Assembly (NCBI GenBank): GCA_021297855.1 | Contig: JAJTHM010000045.1 | Coordinates: 233 to 64,232, forward strand | Length of the DNA stretch: 64,000 nucleotides | DNA from: Sphingobacteriales bacterium | Lineage (GTDB): Bacteria > Bacteroidota > Bacteroidia > Chitinophagales > JADJOU01 | Direction of reading: 5' to 3' | Shown: piece after piece, positions 48,665-58,748 of the stretch | Numbering within the stretch: the first letter of the stretch is position 1 | How the letters are laid out: each line of letters opens with the position of its first letter | The notes under the pieces: generated by a model | The model's database searches: none | Told to the model about the DNA's origin: nothing | Seen by the model: the letters and a program-made list of their open reading frames with translations, nothing else | Translations under genes and position numbers: made by a program

Positions 48665-48836
48665 AGAAGTTAGATAAATGGTCACTGCTTCTCACATGTC
48701 TGTCCGCCCAAGGAGAAATTACAGAATTTCTTTGGAACTTTGTACCTCTGCGGTGAAAAAACTTTATGCCCCTCTGTGTATCTCTGTGATATAGCCTCCA
48801 TCTGACCTATTATATAGCTGTCTTCTTAATTTCTAA

Positions 48837-49643
48837 ATGGAAAAAATAAAATTTATGCCTAAAATATATTCATTTATCACACTTATACTTCTGTCGAGCA
48901 TCTTGCACGGACAGGTGCCTACCGCTAGTCCGCAGGCTACTACCAGCATGAATTCTCGTGACTTTTATAGAAAGTATGAGTTTATCCTAGAGTGCCCAAT
49001 GTACCGCTGCGATCTTGAAGGAGCTAAATTAGACAATGATCGACTCACCGCTCAGATAGGCTCCAAGTTTCTTCTGATAGAGATGAAGCGAGATACTTGT
49101 ATCATACGATTTATTCTACCTTCTAAAAAGCGCAAGGGAAAAAGATTGAATTTTGAAGATGATGACATAGAATATTACAAATATTTTAGAATCACAAAAG
49201 CCCAACTTGATTATAAAGCCATCCCATCTAATACCCAGAAGTATGCCTTCACACTCGGAAGTGTGATTACGCCTATCAAGCTGCGTTTCGGTCCTTTTGA
49301 TTTCTCGAAAGATTTTACTATTGGTTCTACTTTTGGAGTGAAATACACTAAGAGTGATTTTGCACCAGTCAGCTTTAGTGGTTTGATCGGAATAGGAGTT
49401 TCTGGTGTCACCCTCGATAGTTTTTCTACGAATGGAAAAGTGAGAAATCGTCAGGAAACCATTGCATTCACACCATCTATCGGAGTTATGATGGAGTTTG
49501 GCAATGCCCAGATAGGCTTATTTACGGGAATAGATATGCTCAGCGGCAGTAATCCTATTTTTGATAGTTATATATACCGAAACAAACCTTGGCTGTCCAT
49601 CGGACTAGGTTACTCGATATTCACCGCGAATGGCAGGAGGTAA
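48837..49643 (+). CDS. hypothetical secreted protein
   Basis: 268 aa with a signal-like N-terminus. Gly/Ser/Phe-rich C-terminal half. Confidence 0.45.
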   Translation: MEKIKFMPKIYSFITLILLSSILHGQVPTASPQATTSMNSRDFYRKYEFILECPMYRCDLEGAKLDNDRLTAQIGSKFLLIEMKRDTCIIRFILPSKKRKGKRLNFEDDDIEYYKYFRITKAQLDYKAIPSNTQKYAFTLGSVITPIKLRFGPFDFSKDFTIGSTFGVKYTKSDFAPVSFSGLIGIGVSGVTLDSFSTNGKVRNRQETIAFTPSIGVMMEFGNAQIGLFTGIDMLSGSNPIFDSYIYRNKPWLSIGLGYSIFTANGRR

Positions 49644-49755
49644 TCTGCTAGTGGTTGCTTAGAATACTATTAATTTATCACTTTACACTTTGGTTGGTCT
49701 TATTGACCAACATATAAATTGTTCTAAATAAGAATCAAAGTTTTTTGTCAAAATT

Positions 49756-49780
49756 GTTGTTGGTGAAAAACACCAACAAC
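49756..49780. repeat. REP-like hairpin, family E
   Basis: GTTGTTGGTG-AAAAA-CACCAACAAC. Confidence 0.7.
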
Positions 49781-49838
49781 GGTATTAAATTCAGAAACAC
49801 TTCTAACTTTATGCTTGAAACTATTAACTGAAATACTC

Positions 49839-51815
49839 CTATCCCTTCTTGGTCAATATAATTTTAATCTTATTAAAATCTGCTGCTGCGTTAATGACAT
49901 TTTTAAATGCAGGATAGTCTGATTTCGGATAATTGGTTTTAGAGTAAAATTCTGCTACGTCAATATACAGGATATTTCCTTCCACCTTATAGTTTGAATA
50001 AAAGGCAGAAGATACCTTATTCCCTTCTTTGAGCTCGTGGGACATGCTGAGTGCTTCTAGATTATTGTATTCGTACTCTGCTGGAATTATGACTTTAAAA
50101 TGTCTTTTATAAGTATGAGGGAAAGGCATCTCTATCGGCATAGCTCTTTCTTTCTCTTGATAAAGCTCAGCTTGTGGACCGATGGATTCACCTAATTTTA
50201 AGATTATATTTTCCCCATTCCTCTCCAACAATTTGTTGCTGCTGAATTCAGCCGAAACTATAAACGGCTTCTGACCTAAATTCTCTTTGCCTCCATTTTC
50301 ATGCATATATTCTAGGTCCGTTTCTCCACAATAGTTTTTAATATAGGATTCTAACATTTCTCTCTTCTGCTTATCATCGACAAAGCTAAAGGCAAATTGA
50401 AAATTCTCTGCATCATGACCAAAAAGAGTTGAGACGATTTTTGTCTTTGGTTGGCTCATAGATTCTGTAAAGTCATAGGTAATGTCTAGCGAATCCTTGC
50501 CATAATCGGATGGTAATTCTATCTTTTTTAATTCTTTGACAACGAGTTCCGTGCCTCCTATATCCTGTGTCTTTATGAGTAGTCCATAGTTGGATCCATA
50601 TCCATAGGGAATATTCGGATAGCGCGATGATTGGGCCGCAGGGCAGAGAAATTTCTTAGTATCCGGAAAATAACTCAGGAAGGCCTCGAGTTGATTTACA
50701 TTTTCAAATTTATGATCAAAGGGATAACTGAATCGATTGTTTGTAATCACTACTTGTGATTTTATTCCTAATTGTTTAAATATATTTTCGTAGAGAATAG
50801 TGAGGTCTTGCTCATTGGCTTTTTTCGTTTGCAGCATCTGGGCCAGATTTTCGTTTTCGGTTGGCATATCTTCTACATATACGATATCTAGTTTAATAGC
50901 ATGTTCAATAATCTTGATAGAATCATCCAAGGTGCTATTCTCGGGAAAATTAAACTTGGAGATATATTCTTTCAATGCTTTATCAGACTTTTTGTCTAGC
51001 TCCTTATGCACAATGCCATGGAGGGTTTCTGCTATGGAGTTGAAACTATTGAGATTAAAACTATTGGCTGCTTTATTCGCTATGAGTTTATAGGCTAGAT
51101 ATTTTAGATTGGCATTGTAGTTGCTATATTTTTCATCTTCTAGCTCTTCGATCGAATCAGCGATTATTCGATGAACGATTTTCTTTTCGTAGAGCGTATC
51201 ATCAATAATTGCTTTTGGTAATCCATTGTAAGATTTGACTTCAAATTTTAAAAACGATGGATAAATAATTTCTATTTCTACATTCTTCTTATAGTCACTC
51301 GTTTGAACAGGGATTATTTTACCATTCAGGCTGGCGGATGATTTGGAGACCACTAGTTCTTCTATGATACTGCCTATTTCTAGACCTTTTACAGCATAGT
51401 ATTTGTATTTTGACTTGGTGGTTTCATCCACAGCTTCCTGTATATCCTCCTTGGTCAGCTCTACTATGGTTCCATTAGGATTGATGACGCGAAGTTTATT
51501 CACAAGTATTTCTGTGCGCTTACCTTCATAAATATAAACTCTATTGCTCTTTTCTATACCGTGATCTGTATGGACCTTTTTTATAGTATGTTTGAGTTCA
51601 AAAGTGATGACTCCTATTTTATCAACCACTAACTCAGTCACACGTTTTTCCTTTAATACCACCACGGGTTTTTTGGATTCATATTCACTTAACTCAAATT
51701 TTTGAAGGGTATCCTTCCAAGTATAATTATAGTATTGGAATCTTTGTGCATGGGAGATAGCTGTGCAGGCTATAAAGGTCAAAAGAAGAACTATTTTCAT
51801 GTGACGTGAGGTCAT
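49839..51815 (-). CDS. DUF3857/DUF3858-like secreted protein
   Basis: 658 aa with a signal peptide. Its size and layout parallel the upstream transglutaminase-like paralogue, but it has no recognisable catalytic Cys motif. Confidence 0.45.
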   Translation of the reverse strand: MTSRHMKIVLLLTFIACTAISHAQRFQYYNYTWKDTLQKFELSEYESKKPVVVLKEKRVTELVVDKIGVITFELKHTIKKVHTDHGIEKSNRVYIYEGKRTEILVNKLRVINPNGTIVELTKEDIQEAVDETTKSKYKYYAVKGLEIGSIIEELVVSKSSASLNGKIIPVQTSDYKKNVEIEIIYPSFLKFEVKSYNGLPKAIIDDTLYEKKIVHRIIADSIEELEDEKYSNYNANLKYLAYKLIANKAANSFNLNSFNSIAETLHGIVHKELDKKSDKALKEYISKFNFPENSTLDDSIKIIEHAIKLDIVYVEDMPTENENLAQMLQTKKANEQDLTILYENIFKQLGIKSQVVITNNRFSYPFDHKFENVNQLEAFLSYFPDTKKFLCPAAQSSRYPNIPYGYGSNYGLLIKTQDIGGTELVVKELKKIELPSDYGKDSLDITYDFTESMSQPKTKIVSTLFGHDAENFQFAFSFVDDKQKREMLESYIKNYCGETDLEYMHENGGKENLGQKPFIVSAEFSSNKLLERNGENIILKLGESIGPQAELYQEKERAMPIEMPFPHTYKRHFKVIIPAEYEYNNLEALSMSHELKEGNKVSSAFYSNYKVEGNILYIDVAEFYSKTNYPKSDYPAFKNVINAAADFNKIKIILTKKG

Positions 51816-51816
51816 A

Positions 51817-53748
51817 TTAGTTTAATTTTTTAAATGAAATGGTTTCCGAAAGGAGGTCTAAGACCTTGTTTTGATAGTCCTTCAGCGTTTTGTATTTAGA
51901 CTTTGGTAGTATGATAAAATCATGGACGAATTCATAGTAAAGTTTTATTTTATCTTCCTTTACATCAAGTTCTGAGGTAAAAAACAACTCGTCGTACTCT
52001 ATAAATTCATTTTTAGGTTTATATTTTACTTCATATCCAGTGGGCATTTCTATTTCCAAATCAATCGATTGTTTAGATTGAAAATCCATTTTTATATCGG
52101 AAATTCTTTTATCATTGAGGTCGTCCGTGCTACTATATTTTTCTAAATATGGATTGATGAAAATTTCATCCTTAATCTTGGATACATAGTTGAGAATTGC
52201 AAAATCAAACGTTACGATATAGGGACTATCTATAGCATCAATATTGAATTCTTTATGATTTTGAAGAATAAATTTATTGTTACCCAGTTGTACAAAATTT
52301 TTCAAATACTGGAATCGGTCATTGCCTTTGAGATGATCAGTCCGCATGATAAAGTAGTCTTTCAGATAGCCTGTGAGTTTTACACTGCCACTTCCCTTTA
52401 AGGTATCTCCAGCAATTTTAGCCTTGACTTTGATTTCTTTCAAATTTTCTTCATCTGCTACAGGTGCTATCGTTAGTATTTCAAATTCAGTAGGACTCAG
52501 CCCGATAAAGGCCTGCTTGGTCTGAATAAAGCTGGAAGGCAATCCCCATTTGGTATACGAATTAGTAGCGTCCAAAATATAAGTTCTACCTTTGTGTTTC
52601 CATGTGGCTATCATGTGATTGAATACGCCCGGACAGGGGAACTCTTCGATCTTATAGGGAATTTTATCTGAGCCTATCCAGGTGAGATAGACACTGTCTA
52701 GCTTGGCATATTTAAAGGATTTATGAATAATATTAGCCATATCCTTGCAGTCTCCATATTTCTTGGTAAAAATATCATCTGCATCTCTAGGAATATAACC
52801 TTGAAATCCACTTTCAAAGGCTATATATTTTATATTTTTCTGCACCCATTGATATATCTTTTTTGCTTTGATCTCGTCATCATCGACGCCTTTTACTAAG
52901 GAGTCTATCGTTTTTTTATACTCGGAGTTGCTGCATTCTTTGAGATTGGCTACAAATTGATAATTGAATTTATATAAGTCTGCGGGTGTTTGCAGCACTT
53001 TGATGGTATCCTTATTTTTGTCAAGATAGTGAGAAATAAGAAATCGAAGGTGAGGAGCGAAATATAAAAAGTCACACGATGCGCTTTCAGACTTATACTT
53101 CGGCAGGTTTTTAAATCTCCAGGTATAGATGGTTTTATTTTTTTCTATCTTTTTTTCAAATTCAAATTTTTTATCTTCGAGATAGTACTCTTTGAAGTTA
53201 ATAGCTATTTCATTGTCCACTTCTAGCTCCACATCGTACTGCTCTATAGGCGATTGGCTCATGAGTATGACATAGTCAAACATTTGTGGCAGTTCAAACT
53301 CATAGTTCGTTTTCAGACATCGTTTAGCCCCTCTTTTTAGGTCCGTATAGTTAAAAACTTTTTCTTCTTGATCATCATGAAAAATAGCATTGTCGAGTTC
53401 CTTCTTCGTTTCAAATTTGGAAACTTTTATTTTCTTATACTCATCCTTGACAGGGGTCATGGTCCATGCCTCAATATCTGTCAGTTTCCTAAATTTGGAA
53501 TATCCCACACTACTTTCCCCTATTCCACGAAGAAAATCATTCATGAGTATAGATTCAGAATAACTCTCAAGGGAGACTTTCGGACTATTATTTTTTAATT
53601 CTATTTTAAACTTTTTCGTTTCTTGGAGAGTAATAAAGTTTTCCTTTGGATATTTGGCTTCCAATTTTTTCACATATTCTTCTACCTGTCCTTGAAGCGA
53701 GGATGAAATAAGGAGAAGTGCGAATGCTAATTTATTCTCCCATTTCAT
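51817..53748 (-). CDS. DUF3857 + transglutaminase-like domain protein
   Basis: YGDCKDMANI transglutaminase-core-like Cys motif. 643 aa with a signal peptide. Confidence 0.65.
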   Translation of the reverse strand: MKWENKLAFALLLISSSLQGQVEEYVKKLEAKYPKENFITLQETKKFKIELKNNSPKVSLESYSESILMNDFLRGIGESSVGYSKFRKLTDIEAWTMTPVKDEYKKIKVSKFETKKELDNAIFHDDQEEKVFNYTDLKRGAKRCLKTNYEFELPQMFDYVILMSQSPIEQYDVELEVDNEIAINFKEYYLEDKKFEFEKKIEKNKTIYTWRFKNLPKYKSESASCDFLYFAPHLRFLISHYLDKNKDTIKVLQTPADLYKFNYQFVANLKECSNSEYKKTIDSLVKGVDDDEIKAKKIYQWVQKNIKYIAFESGFQGYIPRDADDIFTKKYGDCKDMANIIHKSFKYAKLDSVYLTWIGSDKIPYKIEEFPCPGVFNHMIATWKHKGRTYILDATNSYTKWGLPSSFIQTKQAFIGLSPTEFEILTIAPVADEENLKEIKVKAKIAGDTLKGSGSVKLTGYLKDYFIMRTDHLKGNDRFQYLKNFVQLGNNKFILQNHKEFNIDAIDSPYIVTFDFAILNYVSKIKDEIFINPYLEKYSSTDDLNDKRISDIKMDFQSKQSIDLEIEMPTGYEVKYKPKNEFIEYDELFFTSELDVKEDKIKLYYEFVHDFIILPKSKYKTLKDYQNKVLDLLSETISFKKLN

Positions 53749-56700
53749 AGGCTATATTTTTTCTGTAAATCAGGTTGACTTTAGCATTTCCTTGTTCATC
53801 CTTGACTATGGTGCGACCATGCACCTGATCAAATTTAAATTCTTCCTTGATAACCAATGAGCCGTCTAGTCTATAAAAGGTTTTTTCTGTGAGTTGACCT
53901 TTATCATACTTGTTAGAGCTAAGCAATTTTCCATTGGTATAGTAAAATTCTTTCTTGGTATCGTTCCCATTTTCTTCCCCTTGATAGATGAATAGGAGCT
54001 GTCCCTTTTCATCGTAGTAATCTGAATTCACAAGATTGTCTAACTTGATAGATTCTTTGACAGCAATTTTCCCATCTTTATAATTAGCTTCGAATTCCAA
54101 TGTTTCATTTTTGGCCTTGATCGTATCCGTGAGTTCTCCCGAGCTATTATTTCGAACTATACCATAGAAATAACCTAGTTTGAAAATTTTTTGAAGCACC
54201 AGCTCTCCGTTGATTCCATAAATATTCTCGAATCCGTCTCGATTATCATTGATATAGTTTCTTTCTAACCATAAATTTCCATTGTAGTAGTATCGGGTAT
54301 ATTTACCATAATTTACTCCCAATACATTATTTTCAACTGAAAATAAGGTGCCATCGTGATAGAAGGAAGAGTCGGTGCCATCCTTGTTATCTAATAAATA
54401 GTTTGCCGATACATATTTATTTCCATTGCTAAAGTAGTGTGTGAAGAGGCCATGCGTTTCTCCAGCTAAGTAGTTGCCTCTAAAATCATAAACCCCTGGC
54501 ACAGGTTCACTGTAGGTTTCTCCTTCATTTAGGCCAAATATTTTTTCTCTTTTATAACTAGCGAAATTCAATTTGGAACATGGTTTCATTTCCGTTTTCG
54601 TTTCGGATATAGTCACTTTATTGAGCTCCTTACCATCTCTATCTAGGTTAGTATAAGAAATAAATTCATCATCTTTGTAGTTGTAGTAGGCTATAACTTT
54701 TCCCTCTGGATCGTATTCAGCATGTTTTCCTTCTACGTCACCATCCACATAGTACACCTCATTCATTATAGTACCATCGATATAATATTCATACCACGGA
54801 CCATTTAATTTTCCCTCTACATACCAGCCCTCTGATTTTAATTCTCCAGTAGTATAATATGTTCTATTATAACCATGGTTTTCATCGTCCTTCATAACAT
54901 ATTCATTCGTCAATATACCTAGATAATTATACTCTTTTTGAAGTCCATTTTTAATGCCAAATTCATAATTTGATTCTCTGTCTTTGGTACCATTGATGTT
55001 ATAAAAGACCCATCTTCCATGCCTTCTTCCCTTTTTATAATTCCCCTGCATGGATCTATTATTTGTGTAGAACCATTTTCCGACAAATTCGTCATTTTTA
55101 CCTATGGATTCTTTCTCCAATTCTTCCCCTTTCTTATCATAAGTAATCACCTGCTTTAGATAGTCGTTTTTAAATTTATAAGTGGTGGTATGGTTCCCAT
55201 CATAGTCATACATATCCATGGATTCTAACTCCCCTTTTTTATAACCATACTTGGTATATAAGGCTCCACTTACATAATAGTCTTTTTGATCCACGAGTTC
55301 GCCATCTTCATACTTCGTTTCTTCTTTCAAAACGCCATTGATAAAATATTCTTTATGTTCTCCGATTCGTTTGCCAAGATTGAATTCTCCTTCGTTCTCT
55401 TTATTGCCATTCAAATGATAGGTTTCTTGTTTGCCATCCAGTTTACCATTTTTATAGTTGAGTTTAGATAACATTGTTTTCCCATCTATAGCGTAGGTGG
55501 TATATTCTCCATCAAATAGATCCTCCTTGTAGTTAAATACCCCCTTCGGATTGCCATTTACATAATAGGTTCGCCATTCGGAATCATATTTATTATTTAT
55601 ATAATTTCCCTTTGTTTTTAGATTTCCATTCATATAGTATGTTTTGGACTCACCATCCAAACTATCCTCTATATAACTCCCTTCTTCACGCAGTTTTCCA
55701 TTGGGATAGTATCGTTTATATGGGCCATTCTTATTGTCGTCCTTAAAGGTATATTCTGCGCTTTTGTTACCATCAGCATAGAAGTACTCCCATACATTTG
55801 TTGCTTTTCCATTTTGGAGTTCTCCATATCTATTTAGATTGCCATTGGTGTGAAACACATACCAGACTCCTTCTTTTTTATTATCATCATTGAAATTACC
55901 GCAGCTTTTTATCCCTTTTCCAAAATGACAAGCTAAATTTAGCTTCTTGTCCATAATGGTTAAGTCACGTCTATTGACCGTCTTGGCGAGCTTGACACCT
56001 AGCTCTTCTGCAAACTCTAATACTTCCTTTCCTCGTTTGCCAATAATTCTTTGTATTTGCGGATCATCGACGCTTATGAAAATGATATCAATAAATCGAT
56101 CAAACTTACCATCTTTTGCCAATTCCTTATAGAATGGCACATAGTAGGTATCAAAATAACCATTCCCTGGTTCATAGTTTTCTAATTGTGCAAAGAGCAG
56201 GTGCAATTGTCGCACAATAGGGTAATCAATTTCCGTATTGATTTTATACTTTTTTTGGAGTGATGCCTGCGTTCTGAGGAGATTTTCGATATCGGAAAAT
56301 TGATCGCCCTCAGCACTAAAGACAATGTTTTTTGGATTTTCTTCGATTTTTTTTGCCGCCAGTTTATTCATTTCGGAGAGAATAGATAAGTGGCTTTTCG
56401 TGCCTATGGAATACAATAAAGCATGACTATAGGCCAAAAGAGCTTGGGTGAGAAATCCTTCTTCCTCAGCCAACTGGGCTATGGCCAGCTGGTTTTTGAT
56501 ATATCCAGAATACTCTACATTGACTTCTTTAAATAAGTCCAGAGCCTTTTGATATTCCTTCGACTTTTTATAGACCATGGCCTTATTGTGCTGAAGACTG
56601 ACATTTTTAGGATATCTGACCAAGGCGTCATCAAAATTTTGCAAAGCCTCCGTATATTTTTCTAATTCTGATAAAGACTTGCCTCGCATGATCACGGCAC

Positions 56701-57013
56701 TCTCATACATAGTAGATTCACTAAACTGAATACACTCTGTGGAGTAGTAGACGGCAGAGTCGTAATTTTTAGCTTCGAAGAAACTTAAAGCTATTTCGTA
56801 CAAAGCGAGCGGGTAACTCGGGTCATTGGGGGATACTAGTTTGTATGATTCTATCGCCTTTTGATATTGTTCTTTGTCATGCTGCACTACACCGCGGAAA
56901 ATCGCCGAGTCAGGAGATATATACTCTTTGATTCTTTGAGCATCAGCTTGAGTGCAAATCGCTAATAACCATAGTACTAGCAATTTTGGGTTCCACAATA
57001 ATTTGTTCTGCAT
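53732..57013 (-). CDS. TPR + MORN-variant (YwqK-like) repeat giant protein
   Basis: N-terminal TPR-like helices, then more than 20 repeats of the Y..NG.L...G.Y..GK..G.W..YY.NG type. 1093 aa. Confidence 0.8.
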   Translation of the reverse strand: MQNKLLWNPKLLVLWLLAICTQADAQRIKEYISPDSAIFRGVVQHDKEQYQKAIESYKLVSPNDPSYPLALYEIALSFFEAKNYDSAVYYSTECIQFSESTMYESAVIMRGKSLSELEKYTEALQNFDDALVRYPKNVSLQHNKAMVYKKSKEYQKALDLFKEVNVEYSGYIKNQLAIAQLAEEEGFLTQALLAYSHALLYSIGTKSHLSILSEMNKLAAKKIEENPKNIVFSAEGDQFSDIENLLRTQASLQKKYKINTEIDYPIVRQLHLLFAQLENYEPGNGYFDTYYVPFYKELAKDGKFDRFIDIIFISVDDPQIQRIIGKRGKEVLEFAEELGVKLAKTVNRRDLTIMDKKLNLACHFGKGIKSCGNFNDDNKKEGVWYVFHTNGNLNRYGELQNGKATNVWEYFYADGNKSAEYTFKDDNKNGPYKRYYPNGKLREEGSYIEDSLDGESKTYYMNGNLKTKGNYINNKYDSEWRTYYVNGNPKGVFNYKEDLFDGEYTTYAIDGKTMLSKLNYKNGKLDGKQETYHLNGNKENEGEFNLGKRIGEHKEYFINGVLKEETKYEDGELVDQKDYYVSGALYTKYGYKKGELESMDMYDYDGNHTTTYKFKNDYLKQVITYDKKGEELEKESIGKNDEFVGKWFYTNNRSMQGNYKKGRRHGRWVFYNINGTKDRESNYEFGIKNGLQKEYNYLGILTNEYVMKDDENHGYNRTYYTTGELKSEGWYVEGKLNGPWYEYYIDGTIMNEVYYVDGDVEGKHAEYDPEGKVIAYYNYKDDEFISYTNLDRDGKELNKVTISETKTEMKPCSKLNFASYKREKIFGLNEGETYSEPVPGVYDFRGNYLAGETHGLFTHYFSNGNKYVSANYLLDNKDGTDSSFYHDGTLFSVENNVLGVNYGKYTRYYYNGNLWLERNYINDNRDGFENIYGINGELVLQKIFKLGYFYGIVRNNSSGELTDTIKAKNETLEFEANYKDGKIAVKESIKLDNLVNSDYYDEKGQLLFIYQGEENGNDTKKEFYYTNGKLLSSNKYDKGQLTEKTFYRLDGSLVIKEEFKFDQVHGRTIVKDEQGNAKVNLIYRKNIAYEMGE

Positions 57014-57072
57014 AATATTGGAGTAGTTCGTTTTTTATTTGGTGCAATATAACCCAACAAAAATATGAAAAT

Positions 57073-57205
57073 CGAGTAAAAACGTATTAAAAAAGCACAT
57101 TTACAGCCCCACCACCTTAAAAAAGGCATTGACAAATAAGGCTCCGTTATTTTTATGCGGGGGTATGTACATTTTGAAGTCTTTATTTCCTCTTAGTTTT
57201 ATTTT
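57073..57205 (+). repeat. duplicated copy of the 3-prime end and downstream flank of the 999-aa gene (direct repeat DR1)
   Basis: 57101-57205 matches 58745-58849, and 57074-57099 matches 58602-58627. On the minus strand the copy would encode ...GNKDFKMYIPPHKNNGALFVNAFFKVVGL*. Confidence 0.85.
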
Positions 57206-57206
57206 T

Positions 57207-57629
57207 CCCCTTTGTTGGTGTTATCACCAACAAACAAGCTACTAGTCCCCCACCTTTCCAAGGTGTTACCACCTTGAAACAAAGCAAAAAGTAAACGATG
57301 AAGTACAGTTGAAGAAATATATTGATTGATGTTAGATTCAAGGTCGCAAGACCTTGAATGGCATGAATTTCAAAAAACTCATCTGTACTTTTTCTTTAGT
57401 ATTTGCCTTTATCTGCCAGATGATATGGATATGATTGTCCATGATTACAAATGCATAAAGTTTTATTCTTTTTCCCTTGACTAAAAAGTTCAAACTATCC
57501 AAGATAATCTTTTTATATTTGGTTGGCTTTAGTAGTTTTTTTTTATTCTAAGCAAGTAGCTGTAAAAAATGAAGGATGATAATTCATTTGGTAAAATTAG
57601 TTTGTTTGTTGGTGATAACACCAAAAGGG
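57207..57629 (-). mobile_element. degenerate REP/RAYT (IS200-like Y1 transposase) element bounded by ~27-bp inverted REP hairpins
   Basis: The reverse complement of 57207-57235 matches 57604-57629. An internal transposase fragment is present. Confidence 0.6.
57338..57536 (-). pseudogene. IS200-like/REP-associated tyrosine transposase fragment (HUH motif region only)
   Basis: Manual translation gives KPTKYKKIILDSLNFLVKGKRIKLYAFVIMDNHIHIIWQIKANTKEKVQMSFLKF... It contains HIH (the HUH motif) but no start codon and no catalytic Tyr region. Confidence 0.6.
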
Positions 57630-57650
57630 AAGGAAGTATAATTAAACTGT

Positions 57651-58508
57651 ATGAACCAGAAAAGAATAAATGTATCTGATGGAATTTATATCAATTGTGT
57701 AAATGATTTTTATAATATTTTAGTGGTTGAAAAATACGTTAATAAAGAAAATTTTTCAATTTTAAAAGCTACTAGAGATTATAAAGTTAAACATGTAGTT
57801 TGTGATGTGAATGTTAATCAATCTTTATTCGAATCTCTTATAGAAGTTGAATCATTTGTCTTTATAAATAATAATAAATTTGAGGGTAGTTTTTTACATA
57901 TTGTTAAAAATTTACGCGGCTTTTGTTGTGAGAATTTACCTGAATTGAATATTGATTGGCAACTTCTTGGCAATCTGGAGGAAGTTGACATACCATGGTC
58001 TCAGTTAATATCTTTTAAGCATTCTGTAAATTTAAGACATCTCATACTGAGAAAAATTAATCATAATAATTTGGATTTAATCTTACCAGAAAATTTAGAG
58101 TACTTACAATTAATTCAAGGTAAAATAAATAGTATAGAAGGGTTAAGTATATGTCGATCACTAAAAGCAGTAGTTCTATATTCTTTAAAGAACATAGAAG
58201 ATTTTTCGCCAATAAACAAACTAATTAGTCTTGAATTCATACATCTTTATAATTGTAAAGTACTTGATTTAAGTTTTCTTTCTGTTCTTGTTAACTTAAA
58301 ATGGGTTGTCTTAGAAAATTGTGGAGATATTCATTCTTTAAAGCCAATACACAAATTAAAGGGAATAGAAGGCATTAAATTGATAGGAAAAACAAAAATT
58401 GTTGATAATGATCTGAGTCTAGTTAATCTAAAAACAAATTTTAAATATCGATATCCTTATTATGGCCTAAAGGCAGAATATGGCCAACCCCCGTCTGGCA
58501 GATATTAG
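57651..58508 (+). CDS. leucine-rich repeat protein without a signal peptide
   Basis: Successive L..L..L.L..C..I.. units such as LEYLQLIQGKINSIEGL, LKAVVLYSLKNIEDFSPI, LEFIHLYNCKVLDLSFL and LKWVVLENCGDIHSLKPI. Confidence 0.75.
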   Translation: MNQKRINVSDGIYINCVNDFYNILVVEKYVNKENFSILKATRDYKVKHVVCDVNVNQSLFESLIEVESFVFINNNKFEGSFLHIVKNLRGFCCENLPELNIDWQLLGNLEEVDIPWSQLISFKHSVNLRHLILRKINHNNLDLILPENLEYLQLIQGKINSIEGLSICRSLKAVVLYSLKNIEDFSPINKLISLEFIHLYNCKVLDLSFLSVLVNLKWVVLENCGDIHSLKPIHKLKGIEGIKLIGKTKIVDNDLSLVNLKTNFKYRYPYYGLKAEYGQPPSGRY

Positions 58509-58686
58509 TCCCGATAGCTATCGCGGACGATATTTGTTCCTATGTTTATAGTAAATTGTGTGCAGAAATAGCACAGACTTCGTTTATGTCTGCACTAGAA
58601 TGAGTAGAAACTTATTAAAAAAGCAGTTTTATACCGAATGGATATCTTTAACAGACCAATTTATTGGTCTGAAAATCTATCACATC

Positions 58687-58748
58687 GGTATATACTCCCG
58701 CACGTGCGGGATAGGCTTTGGTCTATGACCAAATCACATTGGTATTAC
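58687..58748 (+). repeat. dispersed repeat, family F (CCCGCACGTGCGGG palindrome core), copy 2
   Basis: Resembles 21967-22036. It splits the downstream-flank part of DR2. Confidence 0.4.
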
